Positions 57,422 to 64,000 of a DNA stretch of 64,000 bases are shown here, piece after piece. Source of the DNA: Oligoflexales bacterium (GTDB taxonomy: Bacteria; Bdellovibrionota_B; Oligoflexia; Oligoflexales; CAIYRB01); contig JBGSUI010000240.1 of assembly GCA_041736175.1 (NCBI GenBank), positions 1 through 64,000 on the forward strand. Direction: 5' to 3'. The notes under the pieces were generated by a model. It was given only the letters and a program-made list of their open reading frames with translations. It ran no database searches and was not told the origin of the DNA. Numbering within the stretch: the stretch's first letter is position 1; each line of letters starts with the position of its first letter. A program made the translations under genes and the position numbers.

Positions 57422-58264
57422 ATGACTCAGCAGCTTCCGGATTTTTCAGCCCAAGCCACAAAAAAGGCTCTTATAAAAGAGACTATCCAACATCCTTTGA
57501 CCCTATACAGTGGCGGTATTTGCGTCCTTAGCTTTTTGTCCATTGGCCTTTTTGGACTAAACTGGCTCAATGGTACAGTGGGCTTCGTTTCCTTGGCTTT
57601 AAGTGGTGGATCTTGGACTTATAATTACTTTGCAAGATATGATGTCTACACCAGGCGCCATTTAGAATCCCTACGACTTATGATGGAGGCTCAAAAAAAA
57701 GCTTTAACTGATAAACTATCCAAGTCCCTTAAAGAGATTGCCTCTACCCCCGGCACGGAGGAGCTTGTCCAACAAGCAAAAGCTCAATTTCCCATGCTCA
57801 ATAGCAAATTTGAGGGGTTTAGGTCTCTGTTGGCAGATAAATTTGCGCCCACCGAAATCACCTATGGGCGCTACCTAGGAAGCGGCGAACAACTCTATCT
57901 ATCGGTTTTAGACCAGCTCAATCATGTGGTCACTCTGTTTAAAAGCATCGACTCTTCCGACATGGCCTATGCCAAAAAGCGGATGGATAGCCTTAAAAAA
58001 AACGCTGCAAACTTGTCCCCTGACGACCGAGACGAATTGGTAGCACTCGAAAAAAGGGTCTCCATTGTCGATCAATGTCTCAAGGACATCGACGTTATCC
58101 TCAGCCGCAACGAGGAAGCCTTGACCGCACTCGAACTAGCAAAGGCATCCATAGCCTCCATTCAAACATCGAGGGGGCAAACCTCAGCACAGCTCCCAGA
58201 CACCATCAAAGACTTAGAAGATTTGGCCCAAAGGGCAAAACATTATGCCATCAATAACCAATAA
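57422..58264 (+). CDS. Two-TM helical protein, XpaC-like partner of TelA
   Basis: Two N-terminal TMs, an all-helical coiled region, and a position directly upstream of the TelA gene. Start at ATG 57422. Confidence 0.6.
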   Translation: MTQQLPDFSAQATKKALIKETIQHPLTLYSGGICVLSFLSIGLFGLNWLNGTVGFVSLALSGGSWTYNYFARYDVYTRRHLESLRLMMEAQKKALTDKLSKSLKEIASTPGTEELVQQAKAQFPMLNSKFEGFRSLLADKFAPTEITYGRYLGSGEQLYLSVLDQLNHVVTLFKSIDSSDMAYAKKRMDSLKKNAANLSPDDRDELVALEKRVSIVDQCLKDIDVILSRNEEALTALELAKASIASIQTSRGQTSAQLPDTIKDLEDLAQRAKHYAINNQ

Positions 58265-58297
58265 ATCGTTTTTTTCAATTTTTAAAGGAGTTCAAAC

Positions 58298-59500
58298 ATG
58301 GCAGCAGTCATCCAAGAGTCAGGGACCTCTCTCCATGCGGCCGATCCCCAGACTCTGAAACTAGACCTCAAATTAGTCGATAGCGCTGCGATTGCAGCCC
58401 ATCCTGGGGATCACCCGGAGCTAGACCGCAAAGCTGAGGATTTTGTAAAAGCCCTTGTGAGCCTTAATCCTGGGGATGAAACGTCGCGGGCATCCGCCAA
58501 AAGTTCGGTAGAAACCATCGGTTTTGACCTGCAAAAAGAAGCAGCTCGGCAGAGTGAGATGCTTAAACAGCCCCTCAATGCCCTCGCCAAAAAAAGCGAG
58601 GATGGTGGTGAAGTGGCCAAATCTTTGATCGACCTAAAGATGCAAGTTGAAGACCTCGATCCAGGGAAAATAGACCTTGAGGCTGGTTGGTTTTCAAGGA
58701 CCGTAGGCTTAATCCCAGGTATCGGAAATCCCCTCAAACGATACTTCTCAAAATATGAATCCGCCCAGACGACCATCGGTGCGATCATTCGTAGCTTGGA
58801 GAATGGCCGGGACCAGCTTAAAAGGGACAATATAACCTTAAGCCAAGATCAAAAAAGGATGCGTGAACTAACCATTAAGATCGAGTCGACGATCAAGCTG
58901 GGGCAGCTCGTCGATCAAAAACTCGAATATTTGGCAGATCGAGAACTAGCAGCCGATCAGGTCAAACAAAAATTTGTTCGTGAAGAGCTGCTTTTTGCCG
59001 TAAGACAAAGGCTTATGGATCTGCAGCAACAGCTCGCCGTCAACCAACAAGGCGTCTTAGCGACGGAGATCATTATCCGCAACAACCAAGAGTTGGTCCG
59101 AGGCGTAGAGCGTGCCCTTAACGTGACGGTTTCGGCACTCCAAGTCGCCGTGACGGTGGCGATGGCCTTAGCTAACCAAAAAATCGTCCTCGATAAAATC
59201 TCGGCGATCAACCAAACCACCTCAAATCTTATCGCAGGCACGGCCCAACGACTAAAAACCCAAGGCGCAGAGATTCACAAACAAGCAGCATCGACCACGA
59301 TCGATATGGAGGCTTTAAAAGGGGCTTTTATCGATATCAATGCAGCCATGGAGGATATATCTAGTTTCCGCTCTAAAGCACTCCCGCAGATGGCAAACAC
59401 GATTATAGAAATGGACCAGTTAACCTCGCAGGCCAACGCTTCGATCGTCAAGATGGAAAAAGGAAACCGTGCAAAGCCGTCCATAACTTTAGATGTCTAA
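58298..59500 (+). CDS. TelA-family toxic anion resistance protein
   Basis: L.DL..Q.EDLDP, YF.KYESAQ..I..I, L.RDN and I..NN.EL.RGV.RA..VT. Confidence 0.9.
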   Translation: MAAVIQESGTSLHAADPQTLKLDLKLVDSAAIAAHPGDHPELDRKAEDFVKALVSLNPGDETSRASAKSSVETIGFDLQKEAARQSEMLKQPLNALAKKSEDGGEVAKSLIDLKMQVEDLDPGKIDLEAGWFSRTVGLIPGIGNPLKRYFSKYESAQTTIGAIIRSLENGRDQLKRDNITLSQDQKRMRELTIKIESTIKLGQLVDQKLEYLADRELAADQVKQKFVREELLFAVRQRLMDLQQQLAVNQQGVLATEIIIRNNQELVRGVERALNVTVSALQVAVTVAMALANQKIVLDKISAINQTTSNLIAGTAQRLKTQGAEIHKQAASTTIDMEALKGAFIDINAAMEDISSFRSKALPQMANTIIEMDQLTSQANASIVKMEKGNRAKPSITLDV

Positions 59501-59527
59501 TCGTTAAAACATAAGGAGAGTGAGTCT

Positions 59528-60598
59528 ATGGTAACGCGTTTTTTGAGTAAAGTAATCGCTTCGGCAGCCCTTTTGGGGATCATAGGATTTTCCTCACGAT
59601 CGGATGCAAATCCAAATCAAAAAGATTTTAATGTTTGCTGGTCCCATTATACGGGCTGGGAACCTTGGGCCTATGCGGAATCTTCGGGAATCCTTAAAAA
59701 ATGGGCTGATAAGTACAGCATTTCCATTAAACTAACCCTGATTAATGACTACGTGGAGTCTATCAATCTCTACACCGCCGGCAAATACGATGCCTGTACC
59801 ATGACCAACATGGATGCGCTGACCATTCCAGCGGCCGGGGGTGTGGATTCCACGGCACTGGTTATCGGCGACTTTTCTAATGGCAACGATGGAATCATCG
59901 CCAAAGGAGCGAGTGACCTTAAGGAGCTTAAGGGCAAAAATATTAAATTAGTCGAACTCTCGGTGTCCCATTACCTTTTAGCTAGAGCTCTGGAAACGGT
60001 CAGATTAAAAGAATCCGACGTCAAGGTTATCAACACCAGCGATGCTGATATCGGCGGAGTCTTTACGTCCGAAAAATCCGGAGTGGCCGTCACCTGGAAC
60101 CCCATTTTGATGCAACTAAAGGCCGGCCAAGGGGTTAAGGAACTCTTTAATTCTTCCAAGATCCCCGGTGAAATCATCGACCTTATGGTGGTCAAGACGG
60201 TTGCTCCAGAAAGTCTTAAAAAAGCCCTGGTCGGAGCCTGGTACGATGTGATGGCGATCCTGAATGGCAGCGGATCTCAAACAGATGCCGCTTTAGCATC
60301 CATGGCCAAAACCGCTGGGGGTTCGGTCCAGGAGTTTAAAGATCAGCTTAAAACCACCGCCATGTTTTACAAGGCCAGCGATGCCGTCGCTTTTGCAAAA
60401 AGTGGAGATCTTAAAAAAACCATGGACCAGGTCCGGAGCTTTTCCTTTGAAAAGGGTCTTTTTGGCAAAGGAGCAAAATCCAAAGATGACATCGGCATCA
60501 TCTTTCCAGATGGCAGCATCCTAGGATCTAAAACCAATATCAAGCTCAGATTTGATAGCACCTTTATGCAGCAACTAGCCTCTTCAGGCCAACTCTAA
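59528..60598 (+). CDS. ABC substrate-binding protein of the urea-carboxylase-region type (TIGR03427-like)
   Basis: WS.Y.GW.PW, NDYVESIN.YTAG, TNMDALTIPAAGGVD.T, LVELSVSHYLLAR and IPGEIID. Confidence 0.88.
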   Translation: MVTRFLSKVIASAALLGIIGFSSRSDANPNQKDFNVCWSHYTGWEPWAYAESSGILKKWADKYSISIKLTLINDYVESINLYTAGKYDACTMTNMDALTIPAAGGVDSTALVIGDFSNGNDGIIAKGASDLKELKGKNIKLVELSVSHYLLARALETVRLKESDVKVINTSDADIGGVFTSEKSGVAVTWNPILMQLKAGQGVKELFNSSKIPGEIIDLMVVKTVAPESLKKALVGAWYDVMAILNGSGSQTDAALASMAKTAGGSVQEFKDQLKTTAMFYKASDAVAFAKSGDLKKTMDQVRSFSFEKGLFGKGAKSKDDIGIIFPDGSILGSKTNIKLRFDSTFMQQLASSGQL

Positions 60599-60611
60599 AC
60601 AAGGTTTCCCC

Positions 60612-61502
60612 ATGACCACAAGCGTCAAAGCCACAGAACCTGCGACTTTCCATCGAACCAAACCCTTGGTGAAAGTTGGATGGAAGGCCCAGATTTGGGG
60701 CCTTGACGCACAACCAGGACCGATCTTAACGGTGGTCTTAGGGGCCTTACCGTTTTTACTTTTGATTGGGGTCTATGTATTCGCCTCCCATCTGCGGCAT
60801 CTGGACAATCCGAGCGATAAGCTATTGCCTAGTCTCACCCAGATGTTTGAAGCTATGAAAACTATGGCTCTTGAGGAAGATCCTCGTAGCGGCAGTATCC
60901 TTTTATGGCTCGATACCACCCAGAGTCTGGTCAGGATTGGGACTGGAATGGCTGCCGCCGGGCTGGCTGGACTCTTAACAGGGGTCCATCTGGGGGTTTT
61001 TGCCCAGTGGCGGGCGGGGTTTTTGCCCCTGGTCACCTTTATGTCAATCATCCCGCCGCTGGCGTTGTTACCCATCTTGTTTATCGTTTTTGGGGTCGAT
61101 GAGTTCGCCAAAATTGCGCTTATTTTTATAGGGGTCTATCCGATTATTGCTAGGGACATCTTTGGTGCCGTCGCCAAACTTCCTGCTGAGCAAAGGACAA
61201 AGTCCCAGACCCTTGGGGCTGACGGAATCGCCTATTTATATTGGGTGGTCATGCCCCAGGTGTTGCCTCGCCTGGTAGAGACAGTGCGGTTAAGCATGGG
61301 CAGTGCATGGTTGTTCTTGATTGCATCCGAAGCGATCGCTGCCGATGCTGGACTGGGATACCGCATTTTCCTGGTCCGTCGTTATCTATCGATGGATATT
61401 ATTATCCCCTATGCTTTGTGGATTACTCTTTTAGGATTTTCTCTGGATTATATCCTTAAATCTGTCAATAAAAAATGGTTTAAGTGGTACGTTTGGACCT
61501 AG
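60612..61502 (+). CDS. NitT/TauT-type ABC permease
   Basis: DKLLP, IPPLALLP and AWLFLIASEAIAA..GLGYRIFLVRRYL. Confidence 0.9.
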   Translation: MTTSVKATEPATFHRTKPLVKVGWKAQIWGLDAQPGPILTVVLGALPFLLLIGVYVFASHLRHLDNPSDKLLPSLTQMFEAMKTMALEEDPRSGSILLWLDTTQSLVRIGTGMAAAGLAGLLTGVHLGVFAQWRAGFLPLVTFMSIIPPLALLPILFIVFGVDEFAKIALIFIGVYPIIARDIFGAVAKLPAEQRTKSQTLGADGIAYLYWVVMPQVLPRLVETVRLSMGSAWLFLIASEAIAADAGLGYRIFLVRRYLSMDIIIPYALWITLLGFSLDYILKSVNKKWFKWYVWT

Positions 61503-61518
61503 GTGGAGAATTTCTATA

Positions 61519-62427
61519 GTGAATCAAAAACAACCTTTTGATGCCGACAAAAAATTGATCAGTGTCAAAGACGTCTATAAGTCTTACGGACCTAAGCTGG
61601 TCTTAGATGATATCGATCTCCACGTAAAGGCTGGGGAATTGTGCACGGTCGTTGGGCCGAGTGGCTGTGGCAAAAGCACGCTGTTAAGGTTGATTTTAGG
61701 CCAAGAAAAGCCTACCCAGGGAGCTGTCTATTTCGAAGAAAATCTCGTCGACAGGGCTCGACCAGATAGGGGAATCGTCTACCAAAAATATAGTTTATTT
61801 CCCCACCTCTCGGTGCTTTCTAACGTGCTCTTAGGCAAGCGGTTTATGTTGGGTTGGGGCGCCTGGTTAAGTCAGAAAAGATCACTGGAAGAAGCCGCTC
61901 TCCAGCTCCTCAAGCGTATGCGTTTAGAGGCACACGCCCATAAATACCCCCATGAACTCTCAGGTGGGATGCAGCAGCGCGTTGCTATAGCCCAAGCCCT
62001 GATGACCCGGCCGAAAGTCCTCCTAATGGACGAGCCTTTTGGGGCCTTAGATCCTGGGACCCGGGAGGATATGCAGCTTTACCTGCTGGAGCTTTGGGAA
62101 GAAACCCGGATGACCATATTTTTTGTGACCCATGATCTTGAGGAGGCAGCCTACCTAGGGACCAGGCTCCTCGTAGTGTCCCAATTTTACGAGGATGACC
62201 GGGGCCGAGATTTTGCCAGGGGTGCAAAAATCGTCGGTGATCATGCTTTAGAGCGGACCGCATTGTCCACAAAGGTCAAGGAGTCTTCGAAATTTGTAGA
62301 ATTTGTGGCGAGGATTCGCTCCGAAGGGTTTGACCCTCACACCAAGCGGCATATCCGGGATTTTAACCTCAACCACTCCGATTCCTTCCGCACGGTTTCT
62401 AATCAAGAATGGGCTAACCAACCCTGA
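61519..62427 (+). CDS. NitT/TauT-type ABC ATPase
   Basis: [26 protein letters not shown] and VTHD. Confidence 0.92.
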   Translation: MNQKQPFDADKKLISVKDVYKSYGPKLVLDDIDLHVKAGELCTVVGPSGCGKSTLLRLILGQEKPTQGAVYFEENLVDRARPDRGIVYQKYSLFPHLSVLSNVLLGKRFMLGWGAWLSQKRSLEEAALQLLKRMRLEAHAHKYPHELSGGMQQRVAIAQALMTRPKVLLMDEPFGALDPGTREDMQLYLLELWEETRMTIFFVTHDLEEAAYLGTRLLVVSQFYEDDRGRDFARGAKIVGDHALERTALSTKVKESSKFVEFVARIRSEGFDPHTKRHIRDFNLNHSDSFRTVSNQEWANQP

Positions 62428-62432
62428 GGCAC

Positions 62433-62906
62433 GTGCAGCGGATCGATGAAACCCGCCTTCTGATCGGCACCTCCTTAAATCCAGATCTGTCAAAAATAAC
62501 CATGAGAGAACCCAGAGTCATATCACTCAATGAGCAGACTGGGGAACTAAACGAAATTGTGATCAACAAACATTTGTCAGGGACCTCTCTACCACGCAAC
62601 CACATTTCAGAGTCTCTAAGTATAAGTCTCGATAAGCGCCGAAAGCGTTTTGCTGTGACTCTCCCCTATAATGAAGCAGTCGTCTTTCTTGATCTTAATA
62701 CTTTCAAGATTTTGGGTGCCCATAAAATGCAGCAGCCTGTAGGCATAGATCTTACTCCGGATGAGCGATATTACATAGTCAGTTGTAAAAACCGCAATCC
62801 AGGTTTGAGATTTATTGATGCAGAAACCATGGTCGAAGCGCCGGAATTAGCCATGAATCTGGAGTACGAACATTTAGCTCACGGTTCCTTTGTACCCCTA
62901 ATATGA
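62433..62906 (+). CDS. Partial beta-propeller (YncE/YVTN-like), possibly a remnant
   Basis: Blade-like V.F.D..T and P.GI.LTPD motifs, but too short for a full propeller and without a signal peptide. Confidence 0.4.
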   Translation: MQRIDETRLLIGTSLNPDLSKITMREPRVISLNEQTGELNEIVINKHLSGTSLPRNHISESLSISLDKRRKRFAVTLPYNEAVVFLDLNTFKILGAHKMQQPVGIDLTPDERYYIVSCKNRNPGLRFIDAETMVEAPELAMNLEYEHLAHGSFVPLI

Positions 62907-62996
62907 CTTTGGCATTTTTAATGACTCTCATGGAGCATTTAGTGCGACCTTGACGGACCCCTTTAGGGAAGGAGAAGAAGACACGGAAACCCCTGT

Positions 62997-63512
62997 TCAA
63001 GTTTCGGCTTCAAAAATCTCTTCGATGAAAAACTGGGTCTTTGGTGGGATTTGAGTTTTAGGATAATAGTCTTGGACTATATTAAACACAGCTATGGCTA
63101 GGGTAAGCTTCAAGAATTTAATCAGGAAAATAACATCGTCGCGATCTGATGTATCCCATCTTGCGCTGATGCATTTCATCGCTAGCATGTAGCGCGCTTC
63201 TGGAGCCCAAACGAGAAGATTAGAGAATTTAGCAACATTTTCCCGGGTAAAATGATTGGTCATAAAGGCCTTGGCGCCGTCGTTTAACCAATCTTCTGGC
63301 AAACCTCTTTGCGCAGCTATTTTTGCAGCCGCGCGACGAATGAATTGACTGGGCTCGAAAATCCCATCGACATCGCGTGTTGCCACGCGTGCATTATAGA
63401 CAAGGCACATCACGGCACCCCCAACAATGCCGATCTCACCATTTTGCCCTTCCTGGCGCAGTTCTTCATTAAGCGCACTCAAACAATCCAATATTTGATC
63501 GCGAGTAAGCAT
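62997..63512 (-). CDS. Nucleotidyltransferase, DUF6036/AbiEii-like
   Basis: VGGAVM, R.ATRDVD, WLN and LAMK...R...D..D motifs. Confidence 0.85.
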   Translation of the reverse strand: MLTRDQILDCLSALNEELRQEGQNGEIGIVGGAVMCLVYNARVATRDVDGIFEPSQFIRRAAAKIAAQRGLPEDWLNDGAKAFMTNHFTRENVAKFSNLLVWAPEARYMLAMKCISARWDTSDRDDVIFLIKFLKLTLAIAVFNIVQDYYPKTQIPPKTQFFIEEIFEAET

Positions 63513-63514
63513 AT

Positions 63515-64000
63515 TTAAACTCTCCTGAGAAAGTTTTCATGGACAAAAATATTATTTCGACGAAACTCCGGCGGAGATTCCAGCAGCGCCATTGCTTTCA
63601 ACGACTGCATACCAGAGACAAACCAAGGTCGATCGAGAAAGTGCTCACGTTGCGCCCATAAAGGCAGGTTGACCCCAGTCTCATAACACAAAGCGCTGGT
63701 TATCGACGCAAAGAGCGCGTGCAATTTTTGGTCCAGCCCCGGGACCGGTGCTAGCAAGATCAATCGAACATCACAGGTTCGTCTAAATTCATCCACGAAG
63801 TTCATAAAGTGGATTTTCCACGAGTCAAAACCATCGCGAAGGACAGCCAAGGAGACAGCAACGCTGGAACATTCGCTTGCTGGAGGTGCTTCTGGAACGA
63901 ATTCGAGTAAGACCTGACGATTCAATATCATAGCCATTTTTTCAAGATGAATGACTTTAGCGTGTCGAGGTTCCGCTTCGCATCTGCGGAGTGTCTCCCG
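63515..64000 (-). CDS. XRE-HTH protein, partner of the nucleotidyltransferase (5' end outside the window)
   Basis: The frame stays open to the window edge (RETLRRCEAEPRHAKVIHLEKMAMIL, HTH-like). C-terminal P.EFRR.NIF. Its stop lies 2 bp before the NTase start. Confidence 0.75.
   Translation of the reverse strand, partial: RETLRRCEAEPRHAKVIHLEKMAMILNRQVLLEFVPEAPPASECSSVAVSLAVLRDGFDSWKIHFMNFVDEFRRTCDVRLILLAPVPGLDQKLHALFASITSALCYETGVNLPLWAQREHFLDRPWFVSGMQSLKAMALLESPPEFRRNNIFVHENFLRRV

Noticed and set aside
1..64000. CRISPR array, tRNA, rRNA or intact transposase
   Set aside because: None recognised by eye; a covariance-model scan would be needed to exclude small RNAs.

Overview
This is a bacterial chromosomal window. 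The gene content (TIGR02147, DUF3015/DUF4105, many secreted lipoproteins, recurring sigma-28-type promoters) suggests Bdellovibrionota/Oligoflexia, which is an inference. The left end carries two tandem, mutually paralogous large serine recombinases and a small upstream ORF, all behind a sigma-28 (FliA)-type promoter. Next to them is an att-like inverted repeat that abuts the orphan 3' end of a gene coupled to a DUF1501 gene, so this may be a regulated gene-interrupting element. The rest of the window holds serB, a DUF3015-DUF3015-DUF4105 cluster, copA, a repeat-flanked AAA ATPase, many secreted proteins, a Wzx/Wzy exopolysaccharide cluster with GH44, a repeat-flanked GT61/FkbM cassette, aapJQMP, a CotH-CBM10-like protein, an 8-gene SBP-OmpA/vWA/TelA/ABC operon, and an HTH + nucleotidyltransferase pair cut by the window edge. 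A candidate sigma-28-driven small RNA or 13-aa peptide lies at about 23.1 kb. I saw no tRNA, rRNA or CRISPR array. All family calls come from motif recognition by eye; no database search was run.
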